DNA of 64,000 nucleotides from Utricularia gibba. Lineage: Eukaryota; Plantae; Magnoliophyta. Made by a program: the position numbers and the translations under genes. The notes beneath the pieces were generated by a model. That model ran no database searches and was not told where the DNA came from. It saw only the letters and a program-made list of their open reading frames with translations. Positions within the stretch are counted from its first letter, which is position 1, and every line of letters starts with the position of its first letter. Shown in pieces: positions 53,161 to 64,000 of this stretch. The DNA is taken from assembly GCA_002189035.1 (NCBI GenBank), contig NEEC01000004.1, positions 1,364,001 to 1,428,000 on the forward strand, written 5' to 3'.

Positions 53161-55383
53161 ATGATGGTCGGCAGGACGGATCTTGTTGTGCTGATTTATT
53201 TTCTCCTCCTGCCGTTTCCCTCTTGCAACTCGGTTAGAATACTTACAGAAGCTGATTTTGGATCAAATTATGCTCATGAAGTTGTGATTTTTTGAGTTTC
53301 TTACATGGGAGTTGGTGTGTGACATTTTCAGGGATTTAAGGTTTCCTTTGGTTCCCCCTTATTGTCGCCCCCTTCATATCAAGATGACGGCGGAGGTTTG
53401 TAAATTGGGAACCCCTTATGTGCTTGAAGTAGTGATAATCTAAAAATTGCAATTTGTTTAGCTTAACCATGGAAAAGATAGTGTTTCCCATCATGGCCAA
53501 GTATGAATTTGTTAGACTTGTTAGTGTAGACGCACATTCATAAGTCATAACCCAGGACACAGATGCTTATTTACTCTGGCTTGTGTTTTGTAAGCATTTT
53601 TGCAGTTATCTTGGTTGCCTTCACTTGCTTTTGTATTGTGTCTCCTGTGTAAACAACCTGATAAGATTCTGTATTTGACGATTCTTATTTGCAGAGTCTT
53701 GCCCTTCAGGCTGGAAGGGAAACCTGAACAGCACAAGGTGTGTTGCATATTTTGAAAACCATGAATCATGGGAAGAGTCTGAGAAACAATGCACAGCTTA
53801 TGATGCACATCTGGCATCTGTATTATCAAAAGAAGAATTAGTGTGGCTTCAAAACATGTGCGGTGAAGTGAAAAATGGATGCTGGGTTGGTGGGAAAGTG
53901 ATCAATGGAGCTTGGAAGTGGTCTGATAATACATCTTACTTGAATGCCTCTTCGGCTCCTGTCGGATCCGCTTGCACCAATCAATCCTGCATTGACAGTA
54001 ATTCTACAGAGTTATGTGGAGTGATCATAAATGGAACTTCCTTTGTTGTGGCTCAAAGATGCAATGCGTCTCTTCCATTTTTATGCATGCTTGACATGGG
54101 TATGTCATCAACTCGATAATAATTGAAAGCTTGTTGATTGCAGCATCTTTTCCTTTTGTTCTTCTAAACCACTCATTCATATGCTCTTTTTTGACAGAAA
54201 ATCGATGTCATGGGATGCACTGCCACCAGGAGTATCTTATCATTCTTTCTGTCGTGAGTGGTTTGATCTTTTGTACTACCCTAGCTGTAGTGCTGTGGCT
54301 TCTCATTTACAGGCGTAACAAAAGGCATAAGAAATCACGTAAACAGTCCAACCTGGCAGAATTGGCGTTAGTTCCTCCATCATGGAGAGTGTTCAACATT
54401 GAAGAACTGAAGTCTGTGACAAAGCATTTCAGTGAAGGGAACCGTCTTTTAGGCGATGCGAAAACTGGTGGCACTTACAGTGGACTTCTACCCTGTGGTT
54501 CAAGAGTGGCAGTTAAAAGACTTAAGAGATCTAGCTTTCAAAAGAAAAAGGAGTTTTACTCTGAAATAGGAAGGATTGCAAGATTAAATCACCCAAACCT
54601 GGTGGCTGTGAAGGGGTGTTGCTACGACCATGGTGATCGTTATATCATCTACGAGTTTATCTGCAATGGACCTTTAGACAGATGGCTACACCACTTTCCA
54701 AGAGGAGGAAGGACACTGGATTGGACACTAAGAATGAAAATAGCCACAACTCTTGCCCAAGGAATCGCGTGAGAATGATTTCCTGAGCTTTATATTTCTT
54801 CCCTCCTGTTTGTCTTTGTACTCATCAGCTCATCTAAACAACTTGCAGGTTCCTACACGACAAGGTGAAACCTCAGGTTGTGCACCGTGATATCCATGCA
54901 GCTAATGTGCTTCTTGATGAGGAATTCGGTGCACATCTTATGGGAGTTGGCCTTTCCAAATTTCTTCCTCTTGAAGTGATGCATGAGAGGAGGGTAGTAG
55001 CAGGCGGCACCCATGGCTATCTTGCTCCTGAATTTGTATACAGGAATGAGCTCACAACAAGAAGCGATGTGTACAGCTTCGGAGTGCTTCTACTCGAGAT
55101 TGTCAGCGGGCGTCGACCAGCGCAGGCTGTGGACTCCGTAGGCTGGCAGAGCATATTCGAATGGGCTACTCCGTTGGTTCAAGCTCATCGGTACATAGAA
55201 CTCCTGGATCCACTGATATCATCATCTTCCTCGTCTATAATCCCAGAGACTGCAACCATCCAAAAGGTGGTCGATCTCGTTTATTCCTGCACACAGCACC
55301 TGCCGTCGATGCGCCCCAGAATGTCCCACGTCGTCCACCAGCTACAGCAGCTGCCATTGCCACAGCCCTCTTTCCTGAAATGA
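53161..55383 (+). CDS. C-type lectin receptor-like kinase, 5 exons
   Basis: Signal peptide MMVGRTDLVVLIYFLLLP; CTL domain SCPSGW..CVAYF..SWEESEKQC..AHLAS..CWVGG; TM helix; kinase VAVKRL, HRDIHAAN, GYLAPE. Resembles At1g52310 as recalled. Confidence 0.88.
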
Positions 55384-55641
55384 GCTTCGGCTGCCGGATA
55401 CCAGTAACCCTTCTGCCTTGCTCGGAGGTAAAACCCAATATGTTCGTTGCCCTGACATGGCTCCCGCTGGCTCTGTCTCCAAGCTGTTGGATCATATCTA
55501 GGCTACTGTTCTTTTTTCTCCCCTCCCTAACTGCTATCTTACAAGCGCATTCAAATGCTTTGTTCTATTTGTTCCACTTGACTGCAGCATCCTGTCATTT
55601 CATTAGACTATCCAACCATCTATTGTAAAACGAAGTTGGTG

Positions 55642-56439
55642 GGCACTTTTATCAAAATACCTTTCTCAGTAATTTTTTTCATCTGTTAATTTTTAATAAT
55701 TATGAGAATACCTGTAATTGCTTAAAATACTGTTAAAACACTTCTTTTTTAAAAAAAAAATTTATATATATTATTGTTATTAAAATAACTGAAGTTTTTT
55801 TAATTTGAATTATTTATCAATAAATAAAGTCTTATTTCAAATATGAATATATTTAAATTTCATAAATTTATACATTTATTTACTACAATGATTTTATGAA
55901 TTTTGTTTATTGGGTAATTAGATATTCGAAAAAGGAAAATAATTACATATTAAACTAAAGCAAGTTTACAAGAAAAAAACATTATTATTTTTTTGTACTA
56001 ATGATTTTTAAAAAAATTAAAATAAAATTATACTGGATTTCTTCAATAGTTGGGATTACACCTCATTGTATAAATTGATTTATTTTTTCACTTAATCTCA
56101 TTATTAGTTAAATTTAGAAAATGAAATGGTATTATATAAACATAATCATTTAAAGGTGTTTTTGGCTTATAATAAAAAAATAAGATGAAGTTTTATTTAA
56201 TTGATATACTTAAAAACATTACAGAAATATTTCAAAATAAAATAAGTATTAAAACAATAATTTCAATAAAACATAAAAAAGATATATATATTTCAATAAA
56301 ATAAAAATAAAACAATTATTAAAACAAAACTGGTATTTTTAAAATAAGAAATGAAATCACGTGTATTTACATAAAGAAAAAAAAAGTTACAGTTATTTTG
56401 GTAAAAAAAAAATCTTACAAAGGTATTTCATTAAATTCC
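55642..56439. mobile_element. Possible degenerate Mutator-like MITE (very AT-rich, imperfect terminal inverted repeats)
   Basis: AAATACCTTT (55655-55664) is the reverse complement of AAAGGTATTT (56419-56428), with weak extension. No target-site duplication found. Confidence 0.25.
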
Positions 56440-56475
56440 AAAACTTTCCACACCCCCATTAAGAAAGGTCGTGTC

Positions 56476-56800
56476 TGTTAGAGTGTGAGAATGCAATTGA
56501 GACTGCAACGGATATCAAGGATCAACAAAGAGGAAGAACAGGTCCGGCGACCTGAAGAAGTTCTGTCGCAAGGAGAAATCGCTGCTGATGGAGAAGCAAC
56601 GCGCAGCTGGGCCCTACTTATCTCAAAGGCCTACAGCCCATTGGATGAGGTAAGTCCAGCCCAAATGCAATACATCCAACGGTCAAGGAGGCAACGGCTA
56701 GTTTTCGCCGTCTATTATACAATATTTTTTGCACTTCAGAAAGATTTACTCACACCAAAATCTTTTTCATCTTCTCTACCATATCATACAATATCTATCA
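56476..56800 (+). mobile_element. Solo LTR (325 bp) with a 5-bp target-site duplication
   Basis: Starts TGTTAGA, ends TCTATCA (TG...CA, 6/7 inverted match). GTGTC directly flanks both ends (56471-56475 and 56801-56805). Internal TATA-like CTATTATAC at ~56712. Confidence 0.8.
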
Positions 56801-57018
56801 GTGTCTTGGAATTTGGTTGAAGGTAGAAACTTCACATGCTTAAAAGAAGAGTTTCGCACCCTGCAAGCAACAAACCCAAAAAGAGCATCCTTTGCGTTGC
56901 TGCGTAGATTCAACAAATCAGAGCGCCCCAAATTCTTGGCGTGATTCATGTAACTTCTTCTGTCCTTTAATCCTGCCCCCTGCACCTCTACTATCCTTCC
57001 ACCAGCTCGCAACCAACG

Positions 57019-58678
57019 ATGACCCACATTCGGGACTGCTTGCTGTGGCTAATGCTTACTGTAGTACGAGCGCACGCATCAGAAGTCTCCCGGACATTTT
57101 CCCGTTTCCAGAAGGTTCTCGTGCCTTCTGATTCATCCTCCGCCGTGAGTAGATATCCTCCTCGCTGTTCGTTGATGATTCAGCTTATTCCTTGGTTCAC
57201 GGTTGTACGTTTTTGCTGTCCAGACGCCAGTCTACCATGTTACGCATTATGGGGCGGATCCCAGGGGAGAAAAGGATAGCACGGAGGCGATCATGCATGC
57301 GATCTCGGATGCGCTGGATGGCCCTGGTAAAGGGTTTTTGTTCGAGGGAGTTGTGAATCTCGGAGGAGCCACGGTGGATCTCGACGGCGGTAATTATTTG
57401 ATTAGCCGGCCGCTGTTGTTGCCGGTCGCCGCAAGAGGAAACTTCGTGGTGAGTTCAAGAATTTGACCTTTTTACATCACCCTTCTACGGCCCTCCGGTC
57501 AATCTCCTCCGCCGCAGTAAAAATTCAACTCCCGTGCTTGACGGCTGACGCCCATTGTCATCTGATGTATTTATTTTTCAGCGAGTAAAAATATTTAATG
57601 AAAAAGACATATATTTCAATGAAATAAAAAAAAAACGATGTAATTTATGTGTGCCTCCCTTTTTGCAGATTCGCGGAGGAACATTGACGGCGGCCGGGGA
57701 TTTCCCCGGCGACGGATATCTGATTGATTTGTCACCGCCTACGAACAATGTGTCCGCCTACAACTACGAATTCGTCACCCTCAGAGACCTCCTACTCGAC
57801 TCCACCTTCCGCGGGGCGGAATCCGAGTTGCCAACTCCCTCAGAACCAGCATCGACAACTGCTACATCAGCCGTTTCTCCACAACCGGCATCGCCGTCCA
57901 CGGCGGCCACGAAACGTACATCCGCTACACGTATCTTGGCCAACACATCACCGCTGGAGGAGATCCCGGTGAGCGATCTTTCGCGGGGACGGGGATAATC
58001 CTCTCGGGAAACGACAACTCCGTAACCGACGTCGTCATATTCTCCGCCGCCATAGGAATCGCGGTATTAGGGCAGGCAAACCTAATATCCGGTGTACATT
58101 GCTACAACAAGGCGACTGGATTTGGCGGAATAGGGATCTACGTGAAGACTCCCGGGTTATCGCAGACGAGGATCGTGAATTCGTATCTGGATTACACCGG
58201 GATCGTTGCAGAGGATCCGGTGCAGCTCACAATCTCTGGTTGCTTCTTCCTCGGCGACGCGTACGTTACACTGAAGTCGATCGGCGGTGTGGTGAAGGGA
58301 GTCTCGATAGTTGATAATATGTTCTCGGGGTCCGACAAGGGGATCGGAATTGTGCAGCTGGAGGAGACCATCAAGACGTTCAACACCATTGATCAGGTTG
58401 TGGTGAACAACAACAACGTGAAAGGGATGACACTGAAGGCAACGGAAGCGAAAGGGGTGCTGGAGGGAAGCGACAGTGTATGGACTGTGGATTTCAGCTC
58501 GGTGCTGGTTTTCCCCAACTGGATCGAACAAGTGCAGTACACATTCATGGCGAGTGAAGGCTATTTTTTTGCACATGCCCTGAGAAACGTCACCGGGAAC
58601 AGAGTCGTTATTCAGTCCGACAGGGCGGCTCCGGCAACGGTTTATGTCATGGTCAATCAAGGGGGTCACTCCCTGTAA
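57019..58678 (+). CDS. QRT3: QUARTET3-like polygalacturonase (pectin lyase fold), 3 exons
   Basis: Signal peptide; VYHVTHYGADPRGEKDST, LGGATVDLDGGNYLISRP, LGQHITAGGD, SGVHCYNKATGFGG, NSYLDYTGIVAEDPVQL. G-run deletion at 57813-57816. Confidence 0.87.
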
Positions 58679-58899
58679 ATTGTAAAGACGATTTTTCATG
58701 CAAACTGGCACTCCCTACTGTTTTCATGCTCTTGTAGTACTGATGTTGCGAGAAGGAAACTAAAACTCTAACAAAACACTGAGCAAGACACTATTCAACC
58801 GTCCCTCTTACCACATCGAACTCAATGGGTCTGCGCTTCTCTAAAAGAGATGAAGAGATCATGTTCGCGGTGCAATAACAACCCGGGAACTAGAGATTT

Positions 58900-61749
58900 T
58901 CATTTTCGACCACTGGTTGCGGCACGGGGTTTTGCTTTAACTTCGACTTCCTGGAAAGAATCATCAGTTAAACGAAGTCAGGCAGCTAATTTGTTAAAAA
59001 AAAAGAAGGAAGCTTGAAAATCGATTGCTGAGAACTAAACATCCTGAAAAGTGAAGTCAATAATCAGAACCTGTGGGAGATGGAGGTATATGTAGTTCTT
59101 GGCTGTGGATGGATTATGGTTTTCGGCACCTTTGCTCCAATCATAGCTCACCTGAGATTTGAAACATCTAGCACTCCTCGAAATTTGGATCGATTCAAAT
59201 AACAAGACATGTAATATAATTCCAAGCGTAAACATTTTCGTGCTGTTTTTTGGGTGGAACGCATTACCGCATATGCGAATATTGAGCCATCATTGTTGAA
59301 AGTGCTGCATGGAATAGGGTTACTGCACCTCGCCATAGCCTAAACTCACAGTACATAACCACCGGTCATAATATAGAAGATTTCTTTGAAACCCATGGTT
59401 TATAAATTTTCATTTAATCAAAGGCTTACTATAACAGTATTAACATTATTCTCACAGACACAACATCTCACTGTACTATGACAAATTTTCTACTCATTTC
59501 GGCTAGAGAGAACTATTAATATGGTATTGGCATTGAGATTGCAATAAAACAGGAAGGAAGTCATGAAAATTGAACTCAAGCAAAAAGAGCAATTTAAGTG
59601 AAAATCACAAGGTTCCGTTCCAGAAAGCAGCTAATAGCAGAAGTTGCTCGTACCTTAAGCCTCTGCTTGCTATCTTTGTCCCAAAAATTGAAGGCTCCAT
59701 CCGAACCAGCAGTTGCAAACGTGTGGTGAATCTGCAATCAAAAAAAAAAAAAAAAATCAATAGCATGATACAAAGAAGGGATAACAAATTCCAAGAAAAA
59801 AAAGAAATTTCAAAGTTTGAAACCAATGTGGAGAAAAATTATCTGTAAATCTTACTGGGTGAAAATTGAGTGAATTGACAGCGTATATATCATTCCCATC
59901 CCTGTGACACTTGAATGTGAAATTTTTACTTGACTGTGAATCATCAATGTGATGCACACCAACTCTTCCTTCAATTGACCCGACCTAATATAAATGTTTT
60001 GAAGTATCACAAAGAGCAAAATGATATAACTTAACATATGCAAGATCTCGTACGCCCAGTGTAAATCTAGTTGTATCTAAAAATCTCAAGCAACAAAAAT
60101 AAAATATGAAACCCTGTTTCTTTTAGCCACATAAACAATACATGATTTATAGGGGATCAACACATACTAAAAAGCCTTGCTGATCAGGAAAAGCAGCTAA
60201 ACATCGAGTTTGGTACTTCAGAGGTGATACCAATCTCTTGAACTCGGTCTGCATATAAAAAAAAAAAAGAAAAACTATATTAGAAAGCTTTATCATTCAC
60301 AAGCAATTCATCTCTAGCCACCCAAAGGCCGTAGAAAAGCCAATGAAAACCAACTAGCAGAAGACTAATTATGCTAGGAAAAAATGAGAGATTACACATT
60401 GTTCATGCAGAACTCAAGAAATTATTTTGCTTATCATTTTTTAGGAAATAAAGAATATGGGCTTAGGGTATATTTTAAGAAATAACCTGAGGAGCCTGCA
60501 AGTTAAAAACTACAAGGTTTCTGTCTGCAGTTCCTACGACCATAAGGGGGTGTCTAAGGGTAAGGGCATAGCATCGATCAGGAAGTTGCTGAACCCAAGC
60601 TGGATTTTGTTGTCTTAGATCCCAATACCTGTAACATGCCAATAACTTGTTTACAGTAACACAACAAAGTTCAGATATATGATCAAAATAATTAGATTCT
60701 TGGAAATGCACCAACCGCATAATGTGTTGGCCACAAAAAAAAAAAAAAAGATATAAATGAGAAAAGGCGTCTGGAAGATAAGCAAATGACGGCATTGCCT
60801 GATGTCTCATAAAAAAAACATTATTGAGCATCATTAACCTTCACCTTAAGGTCTTATCCCAGCTTCCAGTTACTAATAGATTCAATTCAGGAACCCAGGC
60901 AAGCTCTTTAATAGGAGCATCATGCATTGCCACAGTAACAGGCTGACTTCCAGACAGCAGCGGCCACATTTTAACTTGTTTGTCACATCCACCAGAAAAC
61001 ACGGTTGTTCCGTCATCCTTCCATGCAGAGCATAATACCTGCCAACATCAAAATTTAAATCATATAAATTTTTTCTGGAAAATCATACAACTTTATTTAA
61101 CTGAAGTCCCATGAGATTGAAAGTAAGCTGAATCTTACCGGCTGCTCATGGGATATAGATGCCTTAGGAACAGTGTTCACATTGCCTCCTGATGCCATTA
61201 CCTCCCAACATCGTACCTAAGACCAAAAGCGTGCATTAAAGAAATTGAGAAACTACTTTTTCTTCGTAAAAAATGACTAGAGCCAAAGAAAAAAAGAATC
61301 CCCTTCTTGATATGGGATGTTTCAGAGACATATAACTTACTGTAATGCGCGTTTTCTGATAGATGACAGAGCTAAAACATCTACTAACTAAGAATTTGTA
61401 CAGACTGCCTACTCACCAACGTGAAATCAACGATCACACAAACATAAAGAACAATAATCGAACATAAAAGGTCATCCTTACCTGATTGTCCCATGAAGTT
61501 GCCACCAAGTAATTAGCCTTAGGACTGAAACACAAACTAGACACTCCATCACTTGGAGGTTGTACTACCTTCAGCAAGCCACCGAAAAGAAACACAGTAA
61601 CCAAGCACGTCAGGACAATCAAAAGCGAAAAAAACTCGAGAATCATCGGAAATTATTGTTCCGCATAAAACCAAAAATTCACAGGAAGGTAGAATCACCT
61701 CGAATTTTGGAGGGGTGTTTGCCGTACTCGAAGTGCCGAATGCAGCCAT
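58900..61749 (-). CDS. RAE1: mRNA export factor RAE1/Gle2 (WD40), multi-exon
   Basis: [87 protein letters not shown]; ends [12 protein letters not shown]. Confidence 0.93.
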
Positions 61750-62551
61750 TTGAAGTGGCTATCAGAAGCGGAAGAGTCAGATTCTAGGTCGGAACCGCAA
61801 TGAGTTGAAATTCCTCCGAACGTGAAGTAAATCGCTGTGTACGCAAAACTCCGACCACCGAGCGGGCGGCGTGGATTCCACGCTTAAATCCGGCTCCAAA
61901 ATTGAAAAAAAAAAGGGAAATTTTTCTCTAAATTTACACAATCATCCCTTAAAAGCTCGTAAATACACATTTTATTCGTAAGTTCGGGATCAGTATATTA
62001 AAATAGATAATTCATTTTATTTTCTTTTCAAAATCGATATACAATTTTAATAAATTTAAAAAATACTCAAATTAGTTGAACTCTTTTAAATATAATCAAT
62101 CCCTATAAGACTTGAGCTTTTTATTTTAATATTTATTATCCAAAGATTCAAATAATCTTTTTAATTTCAACCTTTCAACCATGTTTTTTTACCATGTTTG
62201 TGAATATTATTCATAAGAAAAGTGTTTGTGAATATTATTCATTTTAATCTTTTGTACGATATTATATGTTTAGAATACTTAATCCTCATAATTTTATACT
62301 TATTTCTTTCCTAAAAAAGATCTAATATAAAATTAAAATAATTTATTTATTTAAATATGTATTCTTCCTTATATGTAATCAATATATAATATTATTACCA
62401 AACTCCTAACCTTACATAACATACTCTCACAAATATATATGTTAGTGAGCCACATAACAAAACTATGGTTGTTTCCATTTCATGGAAATTGTTTCAAAAA
62501 AGTATTTTTTAATGATTTTTTGGAGTAATAACTATTTGAAAAACTGCAGTG

Positions 62552-62658
62552 TATTTTTTAAAATAGATTCTTTCTCTCAAAATATTTTTTAAAATAGATT
62601 CTTTCTCTCAAAATATTTTTTAAAATAGATTATTTTTCTCAAAATATTTTTTAAAATA
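62552..62658. repeat. 31-bp minisatellite, about 3.4 copies
   Basis: TATTTTTTAAAATAGATTCTTTCTCTCAAAA starting at 62552, 62583 and 62614 (third copy diverged). Confidence 0.85.
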
Positions 62659-63647
62659 TTTTTTATGTCAAAAAGTTAAAAATACTTGCATTTGTTAGAC
62701 AATTTAGGTGGGTTTCTATGTGTGTTTATTAACAAACCCACGTTTGGTATGTGAGTTTTAGATGGATAAAAATATATTCGATTGTTGTTTATACATTCAA
62801 TAAGAACCGATAGAGTTGGGTTTACTTAAATCGAGGGAAGTCGGTTGATTTAAGTAAACAAGTGTTGCATTTTCCAATTTTATCCTCACACCACTATGAA
62901 TTTCAACACAAATCCACCAGAAATCAGTTGCAAACATTGTGAATTGCCAACGGTGTCGCATTCGTGTACTGATTGGCCAGACAGGTGGGTCTTCTGGTAT
63001 GCTTGTTTTTTTTTTGCTATTGATGGGTTTTGTTTATTGTTGATGCATATTGTGACCCTTGTCTTTGATTTTTTGAGTGTTGTGACGTTTTTATTGAATT
63101 TTTTTGTGAATCTTGTGTGCATTATAAAGAATCAATAAGCAACATATGATGAATGACTCGATGTATGACAAAACACACGGGCAATGAAAGTAACAACAAG
63201 CACTACATATGTATATATATTCAGTACATACTTCTTAGGATTTTATGTTTACATGAACACTGCTACTCATGGTTTCTAGTGCTTCCTTGTGATGCTGTTC
63301 ATATTTCATCACTATGGTGCATGTTACCTTGTATGGGTGGTCAGTTTTGGAAAGGGGTATATGAATTATTTCATATATATTCGTCATATATCTAATTTTA
63401 TATTTATATGTCAAAAATCTTTTCATTTTAAATTTAAATAAATTAAATTCATTAATCAAATACAAATAATATTCTAAACTCATAAAATCTATTTATCTAA
63501 ACTAAAATAAACTAAACTCGGGTTTATATGTTGTCCCCAAATACACCCTTATATGTTTAATATGAGAAAATCAATGGATATTTATTATTGAACAAAAAAC
63601 CCACTAGTCCTTGGAAGTTTAGAAAATGAAGGAGAAACCTCTAACGT

Positions 63648-63717
63648 GCAATGGATTTCTTTAACCTTCTCTCGCAATGGATTTCTAACCCGTCAGCCGA
63701 ATGTTTTTCTAGTAGTG
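63648..63717 (-). mobile_element. Truncated CACTA (En/Spm-like) transposon end
   Basis: Reverse complement of 63704-63717 reads CACTACTAGAAAAA. Subterminal direct repeat GCAATGGATTTCT at 63648-63660 and 63674-63686. No matching second end found. Confidence 0.55.
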
Positions 63718-63741
63718 AGAATTCGAAAAGTTAGAATGTTT

Positions 63742-63910
63742 AACTCCAAAAGTGACTTGTGAGAGAGGTTTAGTATTTACTAATTCATTATATAATTTTT
63801 TGGATATAAGCTAGAATGTTAAAATTCGAATATTTAATAATTCATTATATAATTTTTGATAATTTCAAAATGTGGTTAAACTCCAAAAGTGACTTGTGAG
63901 AGAGGTTTAG
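63742..63910. repeat. 32-bp exact direct repeat within a patchwork of short repeats
   Basis: AACTCCAAAAGTGACTTGTGAGAGAGGTTTAG at 63742-63773 and 63879-63910. Confidence 0.85.
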
Positions 63911-64000
63911 ATCATTTGTGTATAAATTATTTGGATTTTAGTGAGTATTGATCATTTTATTTTATTGATTTCTCTCATATTTGGAGGTTTAGATCATTTG

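Noticed and set aside
58809-58818. TACCACATCG, similar to the snRNA upstream sequence element
   Set aside because: No good TATA at the expected spacing and no recognisable snRNA, 7SL or MRP body downstream; it lies between two converging 3' ends.
63602-63717. Complete 116-bp CACTA MITE (CACTAG...TAGTG)
   Set aside because: The left end does not mirror the right TIR beyond CACTA, and the flanks (ACC vs AGA) give no 3-bp TSD. Kept only as a single truncated end.

Overview
This is a gene-dense eudicot plant nuclear window with 21 protein-coding genes in 64 kb and mostly 70-110 nt introns. The density suggests a miniaturised genome such as Lentibulariaceae; that assignment is an inference. Gene order: SPL2-type RING E3 (-), RSH2/3 ppGpp synthase/hydrolase (-), ALDH7B4 (+), DUF1677 (-), GnTI/CGL1 (-), VHA-A (+), ZML-type GATA (+), unknown plastid-type protein (-), mitochondrial ATP synthase epsilon (+), EXO84B (+), plastid PGDH (-), MKK4/5 (+), ATL RING-H2 (+), group VII ERF (+), unknown intronless plastid-type protein (+), TGD2 (+), complex I B14.5b/NDUFC2 (-), proteasome alpha3 (+), SUF4 (-), C-type lectin RLK (+), QRT3-like (+), RAE1 (-). 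At least 12 single-base deletions, nearly all in short homopolymers, break otherwise intact genes, including the essential VHA-A. These are most likely long-read assembly errors rather than pseudogenes. I found no tRNA, rRNA, CRISPR array or complete transposon, and no convincing new multi-gene system. The best leads are: an AT-AC (U12-type) intron with a non-consensus donor in GnTI; a TSD-flanked 325-bp solo LTR just upstream of QRT3; a probable gained intron in DUF1677; an unexplained ~1 kb coding-like, possibly spliced segment between RSH and ALDH7B4; very short bidirectional site-II promoters; an orphan site-II cluster at the 3' end of ALDH7B4; and a duplicated CGCG+ACGT module in the RSH promoter. 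Gene coordinates are start-to-stop spans of spliced models reconstructed by eye. Arabidopsis locus names are recalled from memory, not from a search.
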